From Corallococcus coralloides (GTDB lineage Bacteria > Myxococcota > Myxococcia > Myxococcales > Myxococcaceae): a stretch of 64,000 nucleotides of DNA. The position numbers were made by a program, and so were the translations under genes. The notes beneath the pieces were generated by a model, which made no database searches, was not told the DNA's origin, and saw nothing but the letters and a program-made list of their open reading frames with translations. Position 1 is the first letter of the stretch; every line of letters starts with the position of its first letter. Shown here one piece after another: positions 9,066 to 18,365 of this stretch. The DNA is taken from assembly GCF_004104415.1 (NCBI RefSeq), contig NZ_CP034669.1, one strand, 5' to 3'.

Positions 9066-10481
9066 GTGGAGTATGAGCGGTGCGTGCCGCTCTCCTGCCT
9101 GCGCCGTCACCTGTCCGTCCTCGCCGTGGCCCTGACGGGCCTGGGCGCCCCCATGGCCCACGCGGACGAGGACACGCCCGTGTCCACCCCTCAACGCTCC
9201 CAGGTTGGAGATGTGACGGTGGAGGGCGCGAACAAGACGCGGTCCTCGACGGTGCGCTCGTTCGGCCAGGTGGACGTGGGCGACGAGGTGGACAGGGAGG
9301 AGCTGGAGAAGGTGGAGCGGCGCCTCCTGGCCACCGGCCTCTTCCAGGACGTCCGTGTGGGCACCGAGCCGATGGCCGACGGGCGCGTGCGGCTGGTGCT
9401 GCGCGTGAAGGACAAGGCGTCGTGGGTGGTGGCCCCCACGGTGGCCCTGTCCTCCGCGAACACCGGCGGCGGGCTGCTCTACGCGGAGAACAACCTGGGC
9501 GGCCGCGCGAAGAAGTTCGCCGTCGCGGCGCAGGTGAGCACCGGCGAGAGCGGCCTGTACGTGGGCTTCCTGGATCCCATCCTCTTCGGCCTCCCGCAGC
9601 TCAAGTTCAGCCTGGAGGGGCAGCTCAAGAGCGACCGCGTGGACGAGTACAGCATGGACCCCAGCGAGGACGACCCGGAGGTCCTCCGGCGCACGCGCTT
9701 CAACTCCGCGTCCATCAACTCCGAGCTGGGCTTCATCCTCTTCGAGCGCGTGCGCGCGGCGGCGAAGTACCGCCTGTCCAGCATCGACGGGAAGACTCCG
9801 GACCCGGAGAAGCCGGTGACGGTGCCGCCGTTCTCCACCGGCCCCGCCATGCGGGACACGTCGCTGCGCCTCATGGTGGGCCTGGACTCGCGCCAGACGC
9901 TGCACGCGGTGACGGAGGGGCTCAACCTGGAGGCCTCCTACGAGGTGTCCAGCCCGGGCGTGTGGAGCGAGTTCGACTACCGCAAGTTCGGCCTCCTCTA
10001 TCGCCACGGCATCCGCCTCTTCGAGGAGAACAACCTGGTGCTGCGCGGAGAGCTGGTCCTGGGCAGGGACCTGCCCTTCCACCAGGAGCTGGTGATGGGC
10101 GGCACCACGCTGCGCGGCTTCCAGTACCGGCAGTTCCGCGGCGACAGCCGGCTCACCTTCACGGCCGAGTACCACTTCCCCCTCTTCAAGGTGCAGTCGC
10201 TGGCCTTCCGGGGCGTGGCCTTCTCCGACACGGGCGCCATCGCGTGGAGGGACGTGGCCGAGGATGGGCTCCTGATCGACGCCAACGGACGCGTCATCCG
10301 CGACTACCTGCGGGTGACCATCACGGGCCAGAACCCCGTCACCGTGGCCCAGGGCGTGGGCGGGGGCCTGCGGCTGTACCTCAACAACGTCGTGCTGCCC
10401 CTGTTGGGCGTGGACGTCGCCTACGCCGTCAACTCCGGCCAGGTGCGCTTCTACCTCGTGGCCGGAGTCACGCCCTCTTGA
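9066..10481 (+). CDS. Omp85-family outer membrane protein with one POTRA domain (BamA/TamA/TpsB-like)
   Basis: A signal peptide ends in AHA. A POTRA-like segment (VGDVTVEGANKTRSSTV...LLATGLFQDV) is followed by a beta-barrel with alternating hydrophobics ending in an aromatic-rich C-terminus. Confidence 0.7.
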   Translation: MEYERCVPLSCLRRHLSVLAVALTGLGAPMAHADEDTPVSTPQRSQVGDVTVEGANKTRSSTVRSFGQVDVGDEVDREELEKVERRLLATGLFQDVRVGTEPMADGRVRLVLRVKDKASWVVAPTVALSSANTGGGLLYAENNLGGRAKKFAVAAQVSTGESGLYVGFLDPILFGLPQLKFSLEGQLKSDRVDEYSMDPSEDDPEVLRRTRFNSASINSELGFILFERVRAAAKYRLSSIDGKTPDPEKPVTVPPFSTGPAMRDTSLRLMVGLDSRQTLHAVTEGLNLEASYEVSSPGVWSEFDYRKFGLLYRHGIRLFEENNLVLRGELVLGRDLPFHQELVMGGTTLRGFQYRQFRGDSRLTFTAEYHFPLFKVQSLAFRGVAFSDTGAIAWRDVAEDGLLIDANGRVIRDYLRVTITGQNPVTVAQGVGGGLRLYLNNVVLPLLGVDVAYAVNSGQVRFYLVAGVTPS

Positions 10482-10490
10482 AGCAGGCCG

Positions 10491-11582
10491 CTAGCCGGCG
10501 CGGGCAGCGCTCGCGTCCGCTTCCGGCGCAGGCTCCGGAGGCAGCACCACGCCGGGCCACGCCTCCGGCGGCAGGTCCAGGCTGAACGGCGGAGACTCGC
10601 CGCGCACCGTCCACCAGAGCGCCTTGTCCGCGCACAGCGCCTGCGCGATGCGGCCGGACGTCGTGCGGACGCGCTCCACGACGGCCTGGTGCTCCTCGGG
10701 CGTCTGCGCCTCCAGCATCGCGACGACGTTGTCCCAGACGCGCTGCCGCCAGACGATCAGCATCCGCATCACCGCCCGCTCCACCACCGGGCGGCTGAAC
10801 GGCACGCGCAGGAGCAGCCGCGTGGACGCGCACTGGTAGCGCTCCGCGAGCAGGTCCACGCACTCCGGGATGCACGAGCGGAGGATCTCGTTCACGTGGA
10901 AGTAGTCGTGCCGGTAGCGCGCCATGCGGCGTGCATCCGCCGGCGGCGACTGGTGGGCGATGTTGTCGTAGACGACCATTCCCAGGTCGTGGTTGATGTG
11001 GGCGCTCACGCCCAAGAGCGCGTCCTGGTACGGCTGCGTGAGGCCCTGGGCCGGGTAATGCGTCGCGAAGCGCCACGCCGCGGTGGGCAGCGGCAGGTTC
11101 TTCAGCGAGTCCCGCACCGCGATGAGCGCCTCTTCCGCGAAGCGGCCCGTCAGGTGGGACAGCCACTCGGGTTCGAGGAAGCCGCCCGCGTCCTCCCGGC
11201 TCAGCAGGTGGACGACCTTGCGCGTGACGATGGCGTAGATGTCCAGGAAGATGGCGCGTGAGTCATTGCGCGCGTTCAGCCGGGCGAGGATCTTCTCCAG
11301 CCCCTCCAGCGCCTCCTCCGCGTTGACCGGGTTCCAGAGCACGTCATCCAACCGGATGGGCCCCTGCGCATCCGGGGCTTTTGTCTCGTGGAGGTGAAGC
11401 GGCTGGGGGCGCTGCGACCGATGAGCCGAGGGAGAGGCCGGTGAAACATTCATGGAATGACGCTCCGCGGGGTGGGGGAACGACTTCGCATGAAAGCTTA
11501 TATCAACCGGTACTTCCTGTGACACCCGCCCACTCCGGGAGGGATGGGTTGTTTCACCTGACCCCCGCGTGTGGACACTCAC
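10491..11582 (-). CDS. hypothetical protein
   Basis: A long ORF with GC3 bias lies downstream of the cytochrome genes on the same strand. The start is ambiguous; the internal MNVSPAS is possible. Confidence 0.55.
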   Translation of the reverse strand: MSVHTRGSGETTHPSRSGRVSQEVPVDISFHAKSFPHPAERHSMNVSPASPSAHRSQRPQPLHLHETKAPDAQGPIRLDDVLWNPVNAEEALEGLEKILARLNARNDSRAIFLDIYAIVTRKVVHLLSREDAGGFLEPEWLSHLTGRFAEEALIAVRDSLKNLPLPTAAWRFATHYPAQGLTQPYQDALLGVSAHINHDLGMVVYDNIAHQSPPADARRMARYRHDYFHVNEILRSCIPECVDLLAERYQCASTRLLLRVPFSRPVVERAVMRMLIVWRQRVWDNVVAMLEAQTPEEHQAVVERVRTTSGRIAQALCADKALWWTVRGESPPFSLDLPPEAWPGVVLPPEPAPEADASAARAG

Positions 11583-11612
11583 GCGGGGGCCAATGTCACA
11601 CCGCTGTCAAAC

Positions 11613-12866
11613 TCAGGGCGCGGTGCCTTCACTCACGGTGCCGCCCGTCCTGCCCAGCACGTACCTGGCCAGCGCCAGGGCGTTGTTCTCGTCGACGAGG
11701 GACTCGTAGGTGGGCATCTGCGTGCCGGGCTTGAAGGACTCCGGGTTGCGGATCCACTTCGCCACTTCCTCCGGGGCCTTGCCCTTGGCGCCCTGGAGCT
11801 TGGCCTCGAAGGCCTTGCCGGGGGCGTGGCAGGTGGCGCAGCCCAGGGAGCTGAACATCTTCTCCGGGTCGTTGGAGGGCTCCGCCTTGGGGCGGCCACC
11901 CGCGGGAGGCGGCACCACCGTGTCGTTGGGCTTCATGGAGCGCAGGAAGGTGTAGAGGGCCGCGAGCTCCACGTCGTCCGCGTAGCGGTACTTGGGCATG
12001 GGCGGGCGCAGGATGTAGCCGCCCGGCGTCACGCCCGTGATCATGGCGTGCTTGAACTCATCCAGCGTCCACTTGCCGATGCCGGCCGTCTCGCTGACGC
12101 TGATGTTGGGCGACAGCAGCTTGCCCTCGCCGCCCAGCGGCACCAGGTCGAACTCGAAGCCGCCGCTCAGCACCGTGTCCGGGTGCTGCAACTTCACGGC
12201 GCTGCCGTCGAAGCCCGGCGAGTGGCAGAAGACGCAGTCGTAGACGCTGCCGGCCAGGTAGCGGCCGTACTCCACGGAGTCCGCCGCCTTCGCGGGCACG
12301 GGCACCGGCTCCGTGCGGCCCTTGTCGTTGATGCCCATGGCGAACGCGAACACCATCCGGCCCGGGGGCGTCAGCTCGGAGCGCGGCGGCTGGAACTTCT
12401 CCGGCGCGAAGTCCGGGTGCCCGGAGCGCATGAAGCCGATGACCGCCGCGATGTCCTTGTCACCCATGTTGGGGAACGCGGGCATGGGACGGAAGTGGTG
12501 GCTCTTGTCGATGCCGTTGATCACCATCCGGGCGATCTCCTGGTCCGTCCAGGCCCCCACGCCCTTCTCCATGTCGGAGGTGATGTTCGCGGAATAGAAC
12601 GTGCCCAGGTCTGGCGGGAAGTCGTGCATCCGGCCGCCCACGGGCTTGGTGTTGCCACCGCCCGCGTGACACTCCGCGCACACCGCGCGGAACACCTGCT
12701 CACCGCGGGCAATGCCCTCCGGCGAGCTGTCGCGCGTGATGTTGGGCAGCGCGACATAGTCATACGTCTTGTTGATCTTGTGGCTGGCCACGCCCATGGC
12801 GGTACCCGCGCCAATCAGGACCAGGGCGACCAACGCACCAATGGCGATCAGGATCTTCTTCATCAT
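11613..12866 (-). CDS. membrane-anchored trihaem c-type cytochrome
   Basis: The start MMKKILIAIGALVALVLIGAG is a signal anchor. Three CXXCH motifs are present: CAECH, CVFCH and CATCH. Confidence 0.85.
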   Translation of the reverse strand: MMKKILIAIGALVALVLIGAGTAMGVASHKINKTYDYVALPNITRDSSPEGIARGEQVFRAVCAECHAGGGNTKPVGGRMHDFPPDLGTFYSANITSDMEKGVGAWTDQEIARMVINGIDKSHHFRPMPAFPNMGDKDIAAVIGFMRSGHPDFAPEKFQPPRSELTPPGRMVFAFAMGINDKGRTEPVPVPAKAADSVEYGRYLAGSVYDCVFCHSPGFDGSAVKLQHPDTVLSGGFEFDLVPLGGEGKLLSPNISVSETAGIGKWTLDEFKHAMITGVTPGGYILRPPMPKYRYADDVELAALYTFLRSMKPNDTVVPPPAGGRPKAEPSNDPEKMFSSLGCATCHAPGKAFEAKLQGAKGKAPEEVAKWIRNPESFKPGTQMPTYESLVDENNALALARYVLGRTGGTVSEGTAP

Positions 12867-12967
12867 GGGGAACGCTTCTCCGGATGAACGGGGACGGCAC
12901 ACGGCGCCGCTGCCTGCTCCACGGGGAGGAGTGGACAGCCGCGCCGGTGTTGGGACGGGTGAGGCGG

Positions 12968-14110
12968 CTACTGGCCCGGCAGGCAGGTGCTGGGCGGGGG
13001 AATCTGGGGCGTCGTCGAGGGCGTCTTGCTGTACATCTGGAGGCCGGCGAACGTCACCGTGCCCGGGGCCACGGGAAGATCCAGCGGCTGGAGCACCCAC
13101 GGGCGCCCTTCCGGGTCGCTCGTGGTGGAGTCCTTCGCTTCGTAGTGGACCACCGGCGGCGGCCCCGGCGGCGACGGCGGGTGGACGACGGCGACGATGC
13201 CCAGGGAGCTGTTGGGCGCCGGCGGCCCCGGCGGGATGAAGAAGCCACGCGTGGACTGGAACGGCGCCAGCGGCGGCGGCAGGGCCCCCACGGGCGCCCA
13301 CTCGATGTTCAGCACGCGGCCCGCGCTGGCCTCCACGGTGGTGTTCGCCGCAGGCACGCGGAAGACGGGGAAGCCCGGCCGGTACAGCCAGAACACCGTC
13401 ACGCCGCCGAACTTGGCGGAGTCGAGCAGGTCCGCCACCGGGATGGGGACGTCGGGGGTCGAGCTCTCCGCGGTCAGGTACTTCGCGACCGCCTCCAGGA
13501 TGCCCTTGTCGCTCATCTGCAGGGCCTCCAGGCCCACGCAGGCGCTGTGCGCGGGCACCACCGGCCGCACCGTCAGCGTGGACACATAGCTGCCCTCCGG
13601 AACGGGCGGCAGCGGCGGCAGTGGCGGCTGCGCAGGGGCATTATTGGCCAGCGTGCCGCTCGGTATCGGCGGCATCTCCGTCGACACCAGCGACAGCACG
13701 AAATACGGCGCGCCCCGGCGCGTGGGGACCTTGTCGAGGGTCCAGACGCCATTGGCGTCCGACGCCGTGATCACGCCGCTCGCCGCGAGCGGCTGGCCCG
13801 TGGCGGAGTCCAGCAGGGTGATGGCCGCGTTCTTCACCACCGCGCGCTGCAAGAGCGGGCTGAACTCCGCGTACAGCGGCGGCAGTGGGCACTGCGCGGG
13901 AGGCGGAGCGCAGGCTGCCAGGTTGAAGAAGTAGGCCTCCGGGTCCACGGTGAAGCCGTTCAGCCGGGAGGTGAGGCCCTCCGGCTCGCGGTTCTCATAC
14001 GTGGGGCGCGGCGTGAACGTGGACGCCGCGGGGTTGTTGGAGGAGTCCTGGCAGCCGGCGTTCAGCAGGGCCGCGCCGAGGAGCGTTCCGACGAAGAGAG
14101 CTCTTTGCAT
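12968..14110 (-). CDS. Pro-rich lipoprotein, function unknown
   Basis: The signal MQRALFVGTLLGAALLNAGC carries the lipobox LNAGC. It has many PPxP tracts. Confidence 0.7.
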   Translation of the reverse strand: MQRALFVGTLLGAALLNAGCQDSSNNPAASTFTPRPTYENREPEGLTSRLNGFTVDPEAYFFNLAACAPPPAQCPLPPLYAEFSPLLQRAVVKNAAITLLDSATGQPLAASGVITASDANGVWTLDKVPTRRGAPYFVLSLVSTEMPPIPSGTLANNAPAQPPLPPLPPVPEGSYVSTLTVRPVVPAHSACVGLEALQMSDKGILEAVAKYLTAESSTPDVPIPVADLLDSAKFGGVTVFWLYRPGFPVFRVPAANTTVEASAGRVLNIEWAPVGALPPPLAPFQSTRGFFIPPGPPAPNSSLGIVAVVHPPSPPGPPPVVHYEAKDSTTSDPEGRPWVLQPLDLPVAPGTVTFAGLQMYSKTPSTTPQIPPPSTCLPGQ

Positions 14111-14125
14111 GGCGGGTGGCTTCCC

Positions 14126-16036
14126 CTACTTCGCGGGGAGGATGTGGCTGGCGGGAAGCTGATCGCCGCCGTGGCAGGTCTGCGCGCAGTTGCCGAACCG
14201 GCTGGGCGTGCCGCGCTGGTTGAAGGCGATCTGGAAGAACTCATCCCCGTGCTGGGAGATGTGGCACGAGCCGCACAGCGACAGGCTGGGACGCTCCGTG
14301 CTCTTGCGCGTCAGGTGGCACACGGTGCAGTCCGCGCGGTTGGCCGGATAGCTGGGCGAGTTCATGTGGATGCGGTGCACCATCTCCTGCGTGCGGCCCA
14401 CCGTGTCCGTGTCGTAGTGGTGGCAGACCTTGCAGCTCTCGATGTGGTCCACCGACAGGCCGTGGCGCAGGTTGTCCAGCGACAGCACGCCGCGGTGGCA
14501 GATCTGGCAGTTGCCCACGTTGCCCGGGTACGTCGTCGGCTCGTCCTGGCCCACCTGGAAGAAGAACGGGTTCAACTTGGCGACGCGCTCGCCCAGGGCC
14601 GCGCGGTTGAACTTCACCAGCGCCACGTAGGTGCCCGGCTTCGCGTTCGCGGGCAGCGTGAACGTCTGGCGGGTGGGCCACTTGTAGTCGATGAGGCCCG
14701 GCGTCAGCCCCGTGAGCGTGGCGTCATCCAGCATGGCGAACGGGAACGGCCGCGCGAAGAACTCGGGCTTGTCGCTGGGGTTGCCCAGCACCTTCAGGTC
14801 CTGGATGGGGCCGGCGATGGCCACGTTGGAGATGGAGTCGTTCTCCGTGACGGTCGCGATGACGTTGGGCACGAAGGTCTGGATGCCGTTGGACTGGCCT
14901 CCGATGATCTCCCGCGCGCTGGGCAGCAGGTCGCGCGAGTGCAGGTGCGCGCCCGCGCTGTCGCGCAGGTCCACGTAGACGCTCACGTCCTCGCCGGGCT
15001 TGTAGAAGCTGCCCTCCTTCGGAGGCGAGAACACCAGCCGCGAGTCCAGGCCCGGGCTGCACTGCACCGGGTTGCCGGCGTCGTCGGTGCAGGTGGACGG
15101 GCGGTCATCCGGGATGATGTACGTGACGGGGAAGAAGAACGGCTTGTCCGGCAGCTGGCTCCAGGTGGCCTTGAGCGCGCCGGGACCCGACAGGCGCGGC
15201 ACGCGCAGCACCTTGAAGGGGTTGGTGCTGCCCACCCAGTCCACGCGCGCGATGGTGCGCGTGATGGCGCTCTGGTCCAGGCCGCCCGCGAAGCCCGTCA
15301 CGGTGCCGGGGTCCTTGTCGCCGGGGAAGCGCGGCGGCTTCAGGTTCTCCGACCGCCAGGAGAAGCGGCTGTGGCCGGCGTAGGGCGAGGAGGCCAACAG
15401 CTCCGAGCGCAGGTACGTCTGGCTCGCGCGCGGGGTGCCCGTCTCGTCCAGCACCTCCACGGTGATGGTGTCGTCCTTCACCTTCTGCCAGTTCGCGTTG
15501 CCGAACTGCACCTCGCGGGTCCAGCAGTCCTCCACGGCGCCCGCGAGGCTGTAGAAGCTCCACTCGTCCGGGCCCTGGTTGACGTTGGCCCAGTCCAGGC
15601 CCGCGAACACGGACTCGTTCTTGATCCACCCCAGCGCGGCGGTCTGGTCGTTGGGGTTGTTGTGCTGGTTGACCACGGTCTCCGACACGGAGAACTGGTT
15701 CAGGAAGTACTGGGTGTCCGACAGGATCTGCAGCGTCCCAGTAGGAGGCGACAGCGTCAGCGGGTTCTGCGCGAGCGGCGTGATGCACATGTCCGGGTAC
15801 GAGCCGGTCACGCTGTTCTTCGCCACCATCTGCCCGTTGGGCAGGAAGGCGCAGCCGTTGATGTACTGGAGGCTCAGCCGGATCGCGCCGGAGTTGAGGC
15901 CCTGGTACGGGTCGAACCGTTTGGCACCGCGGCCCGTGGTGGACCCCTCGTCGTCAGTGACCTTGAGGAGGTTGCAGGACAGCAGGGGCACCAGCAGGGC
16001 GCACCACGCGCTCTTCAACAGGATTGAGCGGTTCAT
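14126..16036 (-). CDS. multihaem c-type cytochrome lipoprotein (large N-terminal domain plus C-terminal pentaheme module)
   Basis: The lipobox is LLSC. The C-terminal 130 aa carry CQICH, CKVCH, CTVCH and CGSCH, plus an atypical CAQTCH (CX3CH). Confidence 0.8.
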   Translation of the reverse strand: MNRSILLKSAWCALLVPLLSCNLLKVTDDEGSTTGRGAKRFDPYQGLNSGAIRLSLQYINGCAFLPNGQMVAKNSVTGSYPDMCITPLAQNPLTLSPPTGTLQILSDTQYFLNQFSVSETVVNQHNNPNDQTAALGWIKNESVFAGLDWANVNQGPDEWSFYSLAGAVEDCWTREVQFGNANWQKVKDDTITVEVLDETGTPRASQTYLRSELLASSPYAGHSRFSWRSENLKPPRFPGDKDPGTVTGFAGGLDQSAITRTIARVDWVGSTNPFKVLRVPRLSGPGALKATWSQLPDKPFFFPVTYIIPDDRPSTCTDDAGNPVQCSPGLDSRLVFSPPKEGSFYKPGEDVSVYVDLRDSAGAHLHSRDLLPSAREIIGGQSNGIQTFVPNVIATVTENDSISNVAIAGPIQDLKVLGNPSDKPEFFARPFPFAMLDDATLTGLTPGLIDYKWPTRQTFTLPANAKPGTYVALVKFNRAALGERVAKLNPFFFQVGQDEPTTYPGNVGNCQICHRGVLSLDNLRHGLSVDHIESCKVCHHYDTDTVGRTQEMVHRIHMNSPSYPANRADCTVCHLTRKSTERPSLSLCGSCHISQHGDEFFQIAFNQRGTPSRFGNCAQTCHGGDQLPASHILPAK

Positions 16037-16284
16037 GGAAGACGAGGCCGGGGGGAGTCAGGGGGAGGAAAGGGAGCAGGTATCCTCACGCGCGGGCCCA
16101 CGCGACCCACCATTCCCGACGACGCCAGCGCTCCGCCACGCGGAGATGGTGAGGATCGGGAGGGGTTGGGAGGAGAACACCTCATCGGTTCAAACTGACC
16201 ACATTATGAGAGTCCGCGCAATTCGTGGACTTCAGATCGCCCGGAGGACTGGAGCCCCGCGGGCGGGTGACCCAGGGCGTCGGA

Positions 16285-17211
16285 CTAGAGGCTGAGGCCG
16301 ACGGACAGGAGCAGCGCGAAGACGAGCCCCAGCGCCGCCGTCTTCCCCAGGTGGGGGTTGAGCGCACCGCCATCCTCACGCCAGATGGCGCGGATCTGCC
16401 TCACCGCGAGCGGCAGGGCCGGCAGCGTGAAGAGCCAGGCCCGGCCGTGCTCGGGCAGGAGCAGCCAGGCCGCTACCGGGAGCGCGAACGCGCCCCCCAC
16501 CGCCACCGTGTACTCCCAACGCCCGAAGCGTTGGCCGAAGCGCACCACCAGCGTGCGCTTGCCGGCGACCACGTCCGTCTCGCGGTCGCGCAGGTTGTTC
16601 ACCGCGAGGATGCCGGCGGAGAACAGCCCCATGGACAGCCCCGCCAGCAGCACGGCCGGCGTGACGTGGTGGGTGAGCACGACGTAGCTGCCGCTGACCC
16701 CCAGCAGGCCGAAGATGATCAGCACCAGCACGTCCCCCATCCCCAGGTAGCCCAGGGGGATGGGGCCCGCGGAGTAGAGGACCGCGCCCGCCAGACAGAA
16801 GGCGCCGCCCGCGAACACCGTCCAGCCCTCCGCCCGGGTCAGCAGCAGCAGCGCCAGCGACGAACCGGTGAACGCCAGCGCCGCGGCCGTCGCCACCTCA
16901 CGCGCGGTGAGCCAACCCTTCTGCGTGACGCGCGCGGGCCCCAGGCGCGCCTCGGTGTCCGCGCCCCGCTCGAAGTCCGCGTAGTCGTTCACCAGGTTGC
17001 TCACGATCTGCATGAGCACGAAGCCCACCAGGAACGTGAGCGCCGGAGCGAGCCGCCATTGCCCCTCCGCGTTGGCGAAGGCCCACCCCAGCACCGTGGG
17101 CGCGATGGAGGCCGTCAACGTCTTGGGGCGCAGCGCGAGCCACCAGATGCGGGCGAGCGAGGGCTTGGCTTCGACCGCGACACTCGACGAAGGGAGACTC
17201 GAAGTGGTCAT
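16285..17211 (-). CDS. menA: 1,4-dihydroxy-2-naphthoate octaprenyltransferase (UbiA superfamily)
   Basis: It has the NDxxDxxxD-type motif NLVNDYADFERGAD. Eight to nine TM helices are predicted. The second Asp-rich region NNLRDRETD is present. Confidence 0.85.
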   Translation of the reverse strand: MTTSSLPSSSVAVEAKPSLARIWWLALRPKTLTASIAPTVLGWAFANAEGQWRLAPALTFLVGFVLMQIVSNLVNDYADFERGADTEARLGPARVTQKGWLTAREVATAAALAFTGSSLALLLLTRAEGWTVFAGGAFCLAGAVLYSAGPIPLGYLGMGDVLVLIIFGLLGVSGSYVVLTHHVTPAVLLAGLSMGLFSAGILAVNNLRDRETDVVAGKRTLVVRFGQRFGRWEYTVAVGGAFALPVAAWLLLPEHGRAWLFTLPALPLAVRQIRAIWREDGGALNPHLGKTAALGLVFALLLSVGLSL

Positions 17212-17464
17212 GGATGTCCGGGGGAGGGAAGCAGGCGCACGGTAAAGCTACAGGCCCGTGAACCGCAAGAGGAGCCAATGATTCACATCGGTTCTCCTCA
17301 TGTATCACCTGTCGCAAGCCTCCACGCTCCGTCGCAGACGCAGTGTGTCGACAATCCGCCCGGCCTCGATGCGACACAAAGGCAGACGCCAGTCCTATTT
17401 CGGGCAAATTCGAGAACAATCAGAAATACCAGCCATCCTGCCCGTTGGATGCTAGAAGGGAGCC

Positions 17465-18154
17465 ATGAACCCGACCTCCTTCCCTTCCTCCCCTCCCCTT
17501 TCGAGCCGGAGCACCCTGACGGTGCTGGGCGCGTTCGTGCTCGCACTCGCCGGCTGTCATCCGGTGCTCTCCATCGAGGATGCGCGCTCGCGCTCCAACG
17601 GCTCGGAGGTGACGGTGGAGGGCTCGGTGACCGTGGCGCCCGGCACGTTCTCCTCCGCCCTGGGCGACGAGGGCTTCGCCATCCAGGACGACACCGGCGG
17701 CATCTACGTCAAGCTGGAGGAGAAGCTGCCCTTCGGCCTGGGCGCCCGCGTGCGCGTCACCGGCACGCTGGACGAGCAGAACCGGCTGCGCATCCTCAAG
17801 AGCGTGCCCGAGGACGTGGACCTGAAGTCGGGCACGGAGCAGGTGTCGCCCCAGGAGCTCACCACCGGCGGCGTGAACGAGTCCGTGGAGGGCGAGCTCA
17901 TCCGCGTGAGCGGCGCCATCACCCAGGCGTTCCAGGACGACTCGCCCTACGGCTACAAGCTCTACATCGACGACGGCACCGGCGAGGTGCAGGTGTTCGT
18001 CCACGTGTCCGCCGGGTTCGACAAGGCCGCGCTCCAGGCCCTCACCGTGGGACAGCGCATCGCCGTGGTGGGGCTCGCCGCGCAGTATGAGACGACCTAC
18101 GAGGTGGCGCCCCGCATGCCGGGCGACCTCTCCGTGCAGAACGCCGCGCCCTGA
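17465..18154 (+). CDS. hypothetical lipoprotein
   Basis: The signal peptide carries the lipobox LAGC. The sequence reads as a beta-rich soluble domain. Confidence 0.65.
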   Translation: MNPTSFPSSPPLSSRSTLTVLGAFVLALAGCHPVLSIEDARSRSNGSEVTVEGSVTVAPGTFSSALGDEGFAIQDDTGGIYVKLEEKLPFGLGARVRVTGTLDEQNRLRILKSVPEDVDLKSGTEQVSPQELTTGGVNESVEGELIRVSGAITQAFQDDSPYGYKLYIDDGTGEVQVFVHVSAGFDKAALQALTVGQRIAVVGLAAQYETTYEVAPRMPGDLSVQNAAP

Positions 18155-18365
18155 CAAGCAGGCAGGCGCCCCTGGGTATGTAGCACCCCAGACGCCAGAC
18201 GCAGGGTCCGCGGGCCGTTGGCTTTCGTGCAGCGCTCCGGATGTGTGCCTGGGAGCGGATGCACGAAAGCCAACGCGAGCCTGGCGAGCGGACAGGCGGG
18301 CAGGTTCCAAGCTCACGGGCAGTGCCAATCCATCCGGGTCCCTGGCGGACGAACGAGGGCTGGCA

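Noticed and set aside
8658-10175. 505-aa minus ORF antisense to the Omp85 gene, and the 9080-10585 + alternate frame
   Set aside because: The Omp85 frame has a signal peptide and POTRA/beta-barrel features. The others are compositionally biased shadow ORFs.
12884-16027. 1047-aa + ORF antisense to the cytochrome/lipoprotein cluster
   Set aside because: The minus-strand genes carry CXXCH motifs and lipoboxes. The + frame is Arg/Gly-rich with no features.
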